Shown here one piece after another: positions 25,972 through 34,921 of a stretch of 64,000 bases of DNA. The notes beneath the pieces are model-generated. The model was not told where the DNA came from and made no database searches. It saw only the letters and a program-made list of their open reading frames with translations. Position 1 is the first letter of the stretch. Each line of letters starts with the position of its first letter. A program made the translations under genes and the position numbers. Origin of the DNA: a virus; the IMG/VR virus record IMGVR_UViG_3300022777_000088, one strand, 5' to 3'.

Positions 25972-28605
25972 TTACGAGATTACCGTGTACCAACCGTCCG
26001 GCTGATCGGTGTTCCAGTGCTCAGTTCGCAGCCAGTTTCCGTTTCTCGTGCCGATAAGAAAGCGAACTTCATCGATTTGTCCATCAATCGAAGTGTTTGG
26101 CCCAAACTTTCCGATGTTGAACGGCTCAGAGTTGTCCGGAGAATTCACCGCATTTCCTCCGGTTTGCGCGTCCTGGCTGATCCCGTCAGAAAACAGCTCG
26201 AAACTATCCACTGCAGACCGCACTGCCGCAAGCCGGTACCAAGGCGGATCTCCGGAAAGTGAGTCACCGGTGCTGAACTTGAGTACCACGTTGTCTCCAT
26301 CCGAATCTTCAATCTCAAACCGAAAGCTTTGCGCGCCGTCTGTTTTGAGTCCATAGTGAGCGCCCGCGTCCGACGTTGGATTTTGTTTTCCAGCAAGTCC
26401 ACGAACATTTGATGGTTGGTTATCAAAGTTCACGACGGCTTGAAGAGTGAAGTTGCTTTCTGCGGGATTGAGTCCTGCGCTGTCTGGAACTTCAATGCGG
26501 TCATCGTCTCCGCTCTGAAAGTCTGCAGCTCCACCGATTTGTCCGTTTGCTTGCATTGGAGTATTGAAAGCCGTTCCGTCGTGAGCATTTCCGGTGGCGT
26601 CGATATACTGTGGCGCTGAACCGGAAGGATCTTCGTGAAGGTGAAGAACCATTTCATAATCAGACCACGTGTTTGCTTCAGTTCCTGTAAAGGATCCCGC
26701 GCCTTCAATGTCAAACTTTGTGTCGCTTCCCGTTTTTAGTGTATTTGCCTTAAACCAAAGCTCCCCCTCTTGGTTTGTGTCATCATACGTAACGACTTCT
26801 CGTGGAACTTCTGTGCCAGTGTCGTCAAACACCTGGACTGAAGAGGCGCCCGTAGCGTTGCTCCACCACTCGTCGGTAAGGTCACTCAAGTCGACATATA
26901 CCGGAAAGTCCGATACGCTTGATGAAGTGTCGACGAGCGCACTGTTGATTTGAACGGTTTCGGTTGAAGCATTGTTCACGCTTTCGAGAAGCGCGATGTC
27001 GTCAATCTGCATGTGGCAGTTCGCGTTGCCCGCTCCGGAAAATCCGCTTGCGTAGTTTTGAAAGCGGATTTGTTCAACCCCTTGCCCAAATCCAAGGCTT
27101 CGAGTTCCTGTCGTTTCAGCTCCGTCAGAAAGGCGAGTCCACCTATAATCAAAGTCGCCGTTTGCCCAATCCATTTCAATCGCGACTTCGTGCCACTCTT
27201 GGTACACGTCAGTTCCCCCTCGCTCTCCATTGAAGACTTCGGTCGTTGTTCCATCTGCCGCTTCAAACTCCCACTCTGGATTATCTGTCGCGAACTGAAC
27301 TTCAGGATCGCCGTCGCTGTTCAGAAGGCGGAATCCACCTCCGGTTGAATCGGTCGTTTCCCAATAGCGAACTCGAAAGCGATCCGGCCGCCGTGGAGCA
27401 GGAAGCGTTTTGCTCAAAAGAATGGCGTCTGCAGAATTATCACGAAGTCCAGCTGAGCGGCGACCACTATATTCGGGTTGTGTGTTTTCTCCCATTGGGT
27501 TTCCAACTCCATCCCATTGCGTGAAGTCGGAAACATTTGTGTCTGCTTCAAAGCTATCGATCAGAATGTCTGCAGATGTCGTGATTTGTGTCGTAAAGGA
27601 CGGTACTGACTCATTGGAGTTGCCGTCGACAGACGTGACTTGGTAATAGTAGGTTGTATCTTTGTTTACGCCCGTATCCGTGTAAGACATTGACGTAACG
27701 TTCGACCCGCTAACCTCTGTGAATCCCGAATCCGGATTGGTAGATCGGTAAACGTTGTAGTGGCTGATATTCGGATCTGTCGTGATCCAGTTTAGCTCAA
27801 CAGCGGATCCGTTCCAATCCACAAATTCGATATTCGGAATGATGATATTTCTCGGCTGCGCCCCGACCGTCGAACCTATTTGGCTGGATACTGTCGGCGT
27901 AATAGGCGCCGCTGTCGGTGAAAAGGGAATCGATGTTCCAGAAATAATCGGGTCTGGATTTTTGAACGTTCCCAAAGACACAGGAATCGACATTTCGAAT
28001 CGCTCGAACTCCTCTACAAACAAAGTTTCCGAAAACGAAAACCCACTGGAATCTAGCTGTCTGTCGAACTCCTCTACAAACAAAGTTTCCGAAAACGAAA
28101 ACCCACTGGAATCTAGCTGTCTGTAACTAAAGTCCGTAAATGAAGTAACGCCAAAACCAGTTTGAGGGCCGCGAGTCGGAGTAAGATTCGCTATTGTGGA
28201 AGGAAGAAATGCGGTTACGACGTTTCTTTGAGAAGTTCGTTTGTCCCGAAACCGCTTGTAGTCAATGATAAACGGCAGCCGTGGAATTCCCGTGACACTC
28301 AGATCGACGCTTCGGGTTGTAGTTGACCGTCCGTTTGTCGCGATAATCTCAAAAGTGTATGTTCGAGGCGGAACAAGCTCGGCCGCCGTAGCAAATATCT
28401 GAACCGGCCGGACGCGAGTGCCGTCTTGTTGAAGAGTTGTGCTTTCGTTTTCAAAAGAAAGCCAAAACGGTTGATCCTCTATCGGCTGTGCGCCGTTGAC
28501 TGCAGCAAGGCGCACATTTTTCGCGAAAACGTTTCTGCCGCCGGGTTGCTCAATAAACTCTCGCCATTCGAGCTGACCGCTTACATTATCCGGAGTTCGT
28601 GCCAT
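25972..28605 (-). CDS. large acidic virion/receptor-binding-type protein (FN3 + DUF2341-like + LamG)
   Basis: LNW...YNVYRS...YTDTGV...YYYQVTSVD (FN3); FPVYVDL...WFKA; DGQIDEVRF...WLRTEH (LamG). Confidence 0.75.
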   Translation of the reverse strand: MARTPDNVSGQLEWREFIEQPGGRNVFAKNVRLAAVNGAQPIEDQPFWLSFENESTTLQQDGTRVRPVQIFATAAELVPPRTYTFEIIATNGRSTTTRSVDLSVTGIPRLPFIIDYKRFRDKRTSQRNVVTAFLPSTIANLTPTRGPQTGFGVTSFTDFSYRQLDSSGFSFSETLFVEEFDRQLDSSGFSFSETLFVEEFERFEMSIPVSLGTFKNPDPIISGTSIPFSPTAAPITPTVSSQIGSTVGAQPRNIIIPNIEFVDWNGSAVELNWITTDPNISHYNVYRSTNPDSGFTEVSGSNVTSMSYTDTGVNKDTTYYYQVTSVDGNSNESVPSFTTQITTSADILIDSFEADTNVSDFTQWDGVGNPMGENTQPEYSGRRSAGLRDNSADAILLSKTLPAPRRPDRFRVRYWETTDSTGGGFRLLNSDGDPEVQFATDNPEWEFEAADGTTTEVFNGERGGTDVYQEWHEVAIEMDWANGDFDYRWTRLSDGAETTGTRSLGFGQGVEQIRFQNYASGFSGAGNANCHMQIDDIALLESVNNASTETVQINSALVDTSSSVSDFPVYVDLSDLTDEWWSNATGASSVQVFDDTGTEVPREVVTYDDTNQEGELWFKANTLKTGSDTKFDIEGAGSFTGTEANTWSDYEMVLHLHEDPSGSAPQYIDATGNAHDGTAFNTPMQANGQIGGAADFQSGDDDRIEVPDSAGLNPAESNFTLQAVVNFDNQPSNVRGLAGKQNPTSDAGAHYGLKTDGAQSFRFEIEDSDGDNVVLKFSTGDSLSGDPPWYRLAAVRSAVDSFELFSDGISQDAQTGGNAVNSPDNSEPFNIGKFGPNTSIDGQIDEVRFLIGTRNGNWLRTEHWNTDQPDGWYTVIS
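28004..28124. repeat. perfect 60-bp in-frame tandem duplication (RQLDSSGFSFSETLFVEEF x2)
   Basis: Read directly. Confidence 0.95.
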
Positions 28606-28656
28606 AGAAAAGAGTTGGGCTGCTTACAGTCTTACATATCAACCCAACTCTTTTTT

Positions 28657-29334
28657 TCAGTCATACCGGAGAAGGTGCCTTCGCTCGAAAAGCCGCTGTT
28701 CTCGGCCTCGAATGCGTTCTTCTATGATCCAGTCAAGCCGCTCTGCGCGATCAGTGTAGTGGTCGAACCGTTCTTTTGCCTTTTCGCTGGCAAAAGTGAT
28801 GCCCTTTCCTTGCTCGATTGTAGGCGCAGGGGCTTTTTCCCAGTAGTAGTTGTGCCAGTTCGGGTACTCCCACTTCATCCAGTGGTAAATGCGAGCTAGC
28901 TCTTCGTAGTCGCCGTCGTCTCCGTGATGAGTATACTTGAGGTCTTCGTCTTCTGGAACGCATTTGCCGTCGTATTCTTCGGCAAGGTGAAGAAGAGTGC
29001 GGTATCCCCACTTTTCTCGCTTTTCTTGATCGATCGGCATCGGGTTCGGCGCGTCGTCAAGAAACCTGTGGGACACATTCGCAAGGTATCCTTCGACATA
29101 GATTTCTAGCTTGCGAAAGAGAGTGCTGCGGATTTCGCGAGCCGCTGAAGACGCGTCGGGCTCATGAAGGTACTTCTGGCGTCCGGCTTCACGAACACAT
29201 CGGCCAACGGGATTGAAGACGTCGTAAGCGATTTTTCGCTGAATGAAAGGAAGGAAACCTTCTTCGTCGTATCGAGGCGCGAGCTTTCTTGACAACTTGA
29301 TTAGCTTGCGCCCTGCATGTATGAGCGCGTTCAT
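28657..29334 (-). CDS. hypothetical protein
   Basis: 225-aa ORF ending LFERRHLLRYD. Confidence 0.7.
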   Translation of the reverse strand: MNALIHAGRKLIKLSRKLAPRYDEEGFLPFIQRKIAYDVFNPVGRCVREAGRQKYLHEPDASSAAREIRSTLFRKLEIYVEGYLANVSHRFLDDAPNPMPIDQEKREKWGYRTLLHLAEEYDGKCVPEDEDLKYTHHGDDGDYEELARIYHWMKWEYPNWHNYYWEKAPAPTIEQGKGITFASEKAKERFDHYTDRAERLDWIIEERIRGREQRLFERRHLLRYD

Positions 29335-29692
29335 GATTTTTTATTAGAGGTGCTGTGTGAAGAATATAAGCGCTTATCTAACGGACATAGCAAAAAAGTT
29401 GTTTCGTGAACTTTGTGTATAGATATACTGGAAGCAAATGGTATGCTCGCGCGCGTGTGCGCGTCAGAGCTTGTACAGCTTGAAGCACGCCGGACCGGCG
29501 GTTGGGTGATCCTACGAAGCGCTGCCATCGAAGATTTTGATCTGAAGTTCACCTTTTGGGTCGTCAAGAAAGTCGCTTTTGCATATACATAATAAAGGGT
29601 GGTTGGGTGGGGGCTTGCGGTCGTCTTTGCTGCATACAGTTTACAACACGTGATCCAAGCTGGACACATCTTATTCAACATGCACGCGCGCG

Positions 29693-30208
29693 ATGAAAAA
29701 ACCACTGAGTGAAGTCGTCGATTCCAACAAAATTTACAAAGACGTTCGGCAGCACGTCTTGGACTTGGCGGTTGGCGTTCCAGATTTCTTTGCTGGCCAC
29801 GAGCTTGATTACCTTTCGAGCCGGATTTCGTATGAAGACCGGGACCTCGCTATTGCGGCCGTGTATTGGGCGAAGCGTGTTGGGCACCGAGACGAGATGG
29901 CTCGGCTTTGCAAAAGGCACGGGGACCCCGAAGATCGTGCGGAGTTCGCTATGCTTCTCAACTCGTACCGAAAACAAATGAAAGCGACGATTGACAGTGC
30001 TCGTGGAGCGGTGGCTTGGGCCGAACGGTTTCCCGAAGACAGAGATGAAATGCGATCTTTGGTTGGCGGCGGCGAGTGGGCGTTCGAGTGGGCGAAGCGT
30101 GTCGGGGACAAAGAAGAGATGAAGTCTCGAATCTCAACGACGTACTGGAAAGTCCAGTTCGAGCGGGAGATCGAAGAAGACGAGAATGCCAGTTTTGTTT
30201 CACGATGA
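29693..30208 (+). CDS. helical repeat protein
   Basis: WAKRVGHRDEM / WAERFPEDRDEM / WAKRVGDKEEM. Confidence 0.65.
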   Translation: MKKPLSEVVDSNKIYKDVRQHVLDLAVGVPDFFAGHELDYLSSRISYEDRDLAIAAVYWAKRVGHRDEMARLCKRHGDPEDRAEFAMLLNSYRKQMKATIDSARGAVAWAERFPEDRDEMRSLVGGGEWAFEWAKRVGDKEEMKSRISTTYWKVQFEREIEEDENASFVSR

Positions 30209-30414
30209 ACTTGCTTGCTCGACATGAAGCTGATTACGTTCGGAACAAAGGGGCCTTGGAAAACAAGCTGACGTCGGACACGTACGTTCCCAAAGAGCTT
30301 TGGATCAAGGACAACAAGTATTTCTTCTATGTGCAGCAAAACTTAGTTCAGGTGATGTCCCGAATGGCGAATAAGTCCGAGTGCCTGCATGGAGCGGAAG
30401 ACTGGATCGTGTGA
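30205..30414 (+). CDS. HExxY-family small protein (MNLLARHEADYV)
   Basis: Motif; C-terminal DWIV. Confidence 0.8.
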   Translation: MNLLARHEADYVRNKGALENKLTSDTYVPKELWIKDNKYFFYVQQNLVQVMSRMANKSECLHGAEDWIV

Positions 30415-30448
30415 TATATAACGCTGCACGCCCACACACGATCGTTCA

Positions 30449-30658
30449 GTGCAGAAACACGTTGTCGTCAAACTCAGTCGATTTGCAAAGCACGAGAGGC
30501 GATACATGTTTCCTCGCCTCTGGAGCACCCGGCCGTGGGCGTTTGCGAAATATCTTTTTCCACGTCCCCCGCGGCAAACTCCGCATCCAATAATGCCGCC
30601 AACGGGCGACTTTCGAGTTGTTGCCCACAGGGACCTTGATTTCGAACCTCCAACATAA
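30449..30658 (+). CDS. HExxY-motif protein (RFAKHERRYM)
   Basis: Motif; start uncertain. Confidence 0.5.
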   Translation: MQKHVVVKLSRFAKHERRYMFPRLWSTRPWAFAKYLFPRPPRQTPHPIMPPTGDFRVVAHRDLDFEPPT

Positions 30659-30668
30659 AACAGTCTAC

Positions 30669-31025
30669 ATGGATACAAAAGTCTACGGACAAATCCCAAT
30701 CTTTTCACATGAGCAAGTGCGGAAGCTCTACGCACGAGCAGTTCAATCTCAGCTCGAAGACCTTGAGCGCATTGTTGAGGAAGGGGTGATGCCTTTTCCC
30801 AATGAGAGCGAAATGTCTCAGTACGATCAAAGTGTCGAGCAAGGGCTGAACATGGCATTCGATAAAGTCAAGCAGTCCGAGACCGTCGACATGCCGGACT
30901 TCTTCATGATTGACACGCAAAAGCGAGATCAGGCGGGGAAAGGGCTCGTGTGGGTAATCGCTGACGGAGAGGTTATTGATTTTACGAAAACTCCCGTCTT
31001 GAACGCCGAGAAGATCGAGGGTTGA
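30669..31025 (+). CDS. hypothetical protein
   Basis: Acidic ORF. Confidence 0.6.
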   Translation: MDTKVYGQIPIFSHEQVRKLYARAVQSQLEDLERIVEEGVMPFPNESEMSQYDQSVEQGLNMAFDKVKQSETVDMPDFFMIDTQKRDQAGKGLVWVIADGEVIDFTKTPVLNAEKIEG

Positions 31026-31086
31026 TTGAGGAAATCTGGCATCGGCTGTCTTCATAAACTCTTCACGAAACAAACTCTCGTCGCGC

Positions 31087-31108
31087 GCGTGTAAGACCCT
31101 GCGATATT
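31087..31108 (+). promoter_or_regulatory. putative early-type promoter GCGTGTAAG-ACCC-TGCGATATT
   Basis: Recurrent motif, 25 nt before ATG 31134. Confidence 0.6.
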
Positions 31109-31133
31109 ACCAGACACTCGACTCCATAAAACA

Positions 31134-31490
31134 ATGGACGAAGGCAGCCTCGACGAGATTGACGAAATCACTCGATACGCGACGCAGGAAAACGCTGACC
31201 TCACCCCGAGCGGCACCAGCCGCCAAGGCACCCTCAAGGATACGAGCCGCAATGAGCTTCGGCGGCACTTCGGAGAGCCCGAGGGACCGTTCGGCAAGAT
31301 TGGCAACATCTGGATCGTTCGCTTCAACGGCGGTTTGAAGGCAACCATCTACGACTATTACAAGTCCAACCAGCACGCCGCCGACGACGAGCCGGTTGAC
31401 TGGTCGATTGGTGGCCGCAGCGAAGAGGCGGTGGAGATGCTGAAGCTTCTTGGGCTCGACGTTGAGACCTACGAGCCTGCGATGGCGTAG
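31134..31490 (+). CDS. conserved-looking phage hypothetical protein
   Basis: TSRQG...FGEP...W...ATIYDY...WSIGG pattern recalled from other phage proteins. Confidence 0.65.
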   Translation: MDEGSLDEIDEITRYATQENADLTPSGTSRQGTLKDTSRNELRRHFGEPEGPFGKIGNIWIVRFNGGLKATIYDYYKSNQHAADDEPVDWSIGGRSEEAVEMLKLLGLDVETYEPAMA

Positions 31491-31548
31491 CGCCGATACA
31501 AAGAATGTGAGAAAGTCCCGGCGGTTTTTGCGAATCGTCGGGATTTCG

Positions 31549-31564
31549 TATACATATAGGTGAC
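31549..31564 (+). promoter_or_regulatory. putative late-type promoter
   Basis: TATACATATAGGTGAC upstream of ATG 31586. Confidence 0.55.
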
Positions 31565-31585
31565 GCCAACCCAACAAAAATCTCT

Positions 31586-33562
31586 ATGGCACTCTCTACA
31601 ATCGCAAACGGGACACGTGAAGTCAAAAGACCAGATAAGCAGACCGCAAACCTGGTTTTGACTCGCACGGCTCAATCCGACGTTTCTCAACCACAACTCG
31701 ACGATTGGAGCGTTGAAGGATACAGCTCCGCGTTCGGCGGGCAACTTCTTTCGAGTCCAGACGTTTCGGTTTCAACCACGGAACGGCAAGACGCAGGCTC
31801 GATGTATTACACCGACATTGAGTTTACGGTTGAAACGGACACCGAATCGGCGGGATCGGACTTTGTATTTGAGTACACCGTTTCTGACGACAATGCTATG
31901 GAGACCGCCAACTTCTTTTATCAGAACGGCGTGTATCCAGCGTCAATCGCAAGCGGGGACTTCAAGTTTCGAGTGTCCGCAGAGCTTGAGCGACTTTCCG
32001 ACACCTACGACGACGGGCAAGTTGCAGATAAACTCACTGACTTCTCCGACACTTCACGGTGGGGAGTTTCTGACCTCAAATACGTAAGGCAGTCCAGCCG
32101 ATTTACGAAGCATGGTGGAGAACCCATTCCTTACTTCGCTGGACCGGGAGAGATTGAACTTCCTGAGCAAGCGTTTTCTTCAAGAGACTGCTCAATCATT
32201 TTGGCGCTTTCGTGGGATCACAAGCAAGCAGAAGATTTTGACGTCGCGACCGTCGAACAAGGGGGAAATACATACCTGAACGTTCGCAATGCGCAAAGCG
32301 ACGTGGAGATCCAATCGGACTTCACAGCAAATGTCCTCTACCAGTCTGCTACGCATTCGGGGGAGCGGCTTGTGGCCGAAATCCGAATCAATACAGGGGA
32401 AAATGAAGCAAATGGTTCGGTGAATCGGGAAATCACCGACAGCGGTCAGTCGTTGCAGGGAACATTTTCTTCGGGAGACACTACAATAACACTACACGCT
32501 AATTCGGCAAAACTATTCGACGCTCTTGTATATTCGGAAGACGTTGGCTCTGAGTCGCTGGACAGGTTGGCGAAGCAACTCAGCTACTTCTACAAAATCG
32601 ACATGACCTCTCCGGAATTTCTTGGGAAAGGCAGTCGAGCGATTCAGAATCACCTCTTTTACGACGAAGAAATCCAGAAATATGATATGTATGTTGCTTC
32701 TAGCCCTGTAAAACGATTTGATGACGACGGCACGGAGGTATGGAGCTTTTCGGCAGACGCGACCGCGGTTGCCACAGACAGCCGGTTTATTCCTGCTGTT
32801 GGCACATCGGTAAACAACAATGTCCACAGGGTCACGTCAAAGGGAAATGTTATCTGGACGTTCGAAGGGCACAACGAATCCGTTGAAGCAGTGGAGACAG
32901 GAATCGAGAAGTTTACGTATTCGGCAAGCCTTGATGGAACCGTAAAGAAGCTCGGACCGGAAGGAACGCCTGTCTGGAACTTCGGAGATCACACCGACGA
33001 TGTGAATGACATTGCGGTGTACAAGAAACTCGCCGTATACACGGCAAGCGCAGACAAAACGGTTCGCCGGATCGTTGACAGCACAGGCGATGAAGATTGG
33101 AGTTTCAGTGGACACTTGGATGCTGTGACTTCCGTTGTGGTCGACTCTTCAGAAGAAGTTTACACGGCAGCGGTCAATGGAGAGCTTCGGAAGATTGACA
33201 ATGACGGAAACGAGACGTATCTTATCACTCCATTTTCCGCAGAGCTTTCCGGCGCTGCAATCAATGACCTCGCACTTCGCTCTGACACAGAGCTTTACGC
33301 AGTGGCGGGGGACATGATCAAGAAACTGGACGCGGTAAACGGAGACGAGATTTGGAAGTATCAAGTAGATCTTGCAAGCGACACCGCAAAACTTGAAGCG
33401 GTGGCAGTTTCTCCAAGCGGCTCCATTTTCGTTGCGGAAAACGAAGAAAACAACATCATTGAGTTCGACGACACTGGAAGCAAAGTCGACAAGTTTTCGA
33501 GTCCGGGCACAGTGAATGACATTTCTGTTCAGCCCGGAACATTTGAACCTCATAGAACATAA
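31586..33562 (+). CDS. acidic virion-type protein with C-terminal PQQ/WD40-like beta-propeller
   Basis: Repeats such as WTFEGHNESVEAV, WNFGDHTDDVNDI, WSFSGHLDAVTSV. Confidence 0.75.
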   Translation: MALSTIANGTREVKRPDKQTANLVLTRTAQSDVSQPQLDDWSVEGYSSAFGGQLLSSPDVSVSTTERQDAGSMYYTDIEFTVETDTESAGSDFVFEYTVSDDNAMETANFFYQNGVYPASIASGDFKFRVSAELERLSDTYDDGQVADKLTDFSDTSRWGVSDLKYVRQSSRFTKHGGEPIPYFAGPGEIELPEQAFSSRDCSIILALSWDHKQAEDFDVATVEQGGNTYLNVRNAQSDVEIQSDFTANVLYQSATHSGERLVAEIRINTGENEANGSVNREITDSGQSLQGTFSSGDTTITLHANSAKLFDALVYSEDVGSESLDRLAKQLSYFYKIDMTSPEFLGKGSRAIQNHLFYDEEIQKYDMYVASSPVKRFDDDGTEVWSFSADATAVATDSRFIPAVGTSVNNNVHRVTSKGNVIWTFEGHNESVEAVETGIEKFTYSASLDGTVKKLGPEGTPVWNFGDHTDDVNDIAVYKKLAVYTASADKTVRRIVDSTGDEDWSFSGHLDAVTSVVVDSSEEVYTAAVNGELRKIDNDGNETYLITPFSAELSGAAINDLALRSDTELYAVAGDMIKKLDAVNGDEIWKYQVDLASDTAKLEAVAVSPSGSIFVAENEENNIIEFDDTGSKVDKFSSPGTVNDISVQPGTFEPHRT

Positions 33563-33566
33563 AGTT

Positions 33567-33815
33567 ATGGCAGATTCACCACGACGACAGAAGCAACAGT
33601 TCGATCACGGACAGACCGTATACGTTCACTGGCGGGAAGCGATTTATCCTGCCGAGTACCGGGGCTACGACAACTTTGAAAGAGACGAGAGCCACATCGT
33701 CTACATTCCCGCTGCAGGTGGGGAACAAAATATCAGTGGCGACGACCTGTTTGCCAATCACAGGCTTGCGAAGCAAGCATATCCGCGAGCAACGGACCAT
33801 GTGAAAGGCATATAA
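33567..33815 (+). CDS. small SH3/Tudor-like beta protein
   Basis: FDHGQTVYVHW...YPAEY...ISGDDLF. Confidence 0.5.
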   Translation: MADSPRRQKQQFDHGQTVYVHWREAIYPAEYRGYDNFERDESHIVYIPAAGGEQNISGDDLFANHRLAKQAYPRATDHVKGI

Positions 33816-33909
33816 ATCCCGATGACTTCGGGAACTTCCCTTGCGTCCTTGCGTTGAAAGGGGTGCATTATCATAACTTCTCATACTTCTCAGAAAAAGC
33901 AAATCTCCC

Positions 33910-34899
33910 ATGCTTGATCGCGTAGGACACGCAGAGGTTGATACCTCTGAGATGGTCGAAACTCCCGAGAGTCCGCAAGAAATGCGGGACTTTCTTTCAA
34001 ACCGTGCCGTTGACTTGAAGCCGCCATACTTCAAGCTCAGCGACATGAAATGGAAACACGCAATCCGTTCCGCTCTTCGCGGAAAGAACCTCATGTTCAC
34101 CGGCCCTTCGGGTTGCGGAAAGACAATGGGCGTGATGGAGGTTCGCAAGGCGCTCAAGCGACCCTTCCACTACATGAACTTGGGTTCCACGCAGGACCCC
34201 CGGACCACACTCATTGGAACGCGTGAAGCAAACGAAGGCACCACGTACTTCAAGCCCGCGCCGTTCGTGAACGTGATTCAGAATGAGAATTCGATGGTGC
34301 TTCTTGACGAGATTTCTCGTGCGCACCCCGAGGCGTGGAACATTCTTCTCACCGTCCTCGACCCGAAGCAGCGGTACTTGCAGATTGACGAGGCCGCCGA
34401 GTCCGATAAGGTTCAGGTTGCCGATGGCGTCTGCTTTATGAGCACCGCCAACATCGGAACGCAGTACACGGCGACTCGACAGATGGACCGCGCACTTGAA
34501 GAGCGGTTCACGATCATCGAAATGGACATCCTTGAGGAAGATCAGGAGTTCGATCTTCTCTCCAAGCTGTTCCCTTCGGTACCGGACGAGAAGCTTCAAA
34601 CGCTTGCTCGAATCGCGGACGAAACCCGCATTGAGGTTCAGCAGGCACAGCCGAAGCTCAACCGGATCATCTCGACCCGACAGACGGTTCAGATGGCCGA
34701 ACAGCTTCGTGACGGCTACTCCATGATGGAGGCCATTCACGTTACCGTCTACCCGAACTACGACCAGGAAGGCGGCGACCAGAGCCCACGAAGCACCGTC
34801 CAGAAGATCGTTCAGAAGGAAGTCGACGAGCAGGACGTTGATTCGGTGCTCTTTGACCGTGACGACATGCGGTTCAGCCGTGAAATGAGCGGATCTTAA
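33910..34899 (+). CDS. MoxR/CobS/CbbQ-like AAA+ ATPase
   Basis: GPSGCGKT, VLLDEISRA, MSTANIG, MDRALEERF. Confidence 0.9.
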   Translation: MLDRVGHAEVDTSEMVETPESPQEMRDFLSNRAVDLKPPYFKLSDMKWKHAIRSALRGKNLMFTGPSGCGKTMGVMEVRKALKRPFHYMNLGSTQDPRTTLIGTREANEGTTYFKPAPFVNVIQNENSMVLLDEISRAHPEAWNILLTVLDPKQRYLQIDEAAESDKVQVADGVCFMSTANIGTQYTATRQMDRALEERFTIIEMDILEEDQEFDLLSKLFPSVPDEKLQTLARIADETRIEVQQAQPKLNRIISTRQTVQMAEQLRDGYSMMEAIHVTVYPNYDQEGGDQSPRSTVQKIVQKEVDEQDVDSVLFDRDDMRFSREMSGS

Positions 34900-34921
34900 T
34901 CACTCAACTCCCCAACACCTT

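Noticed and set aside
29340-29692. ncRNA in the divergent intergenic region with CGCG tracts
   Set aside because: No recognisable RNA family or convincing pairing; likely divergent promoters or short ORF remnants.
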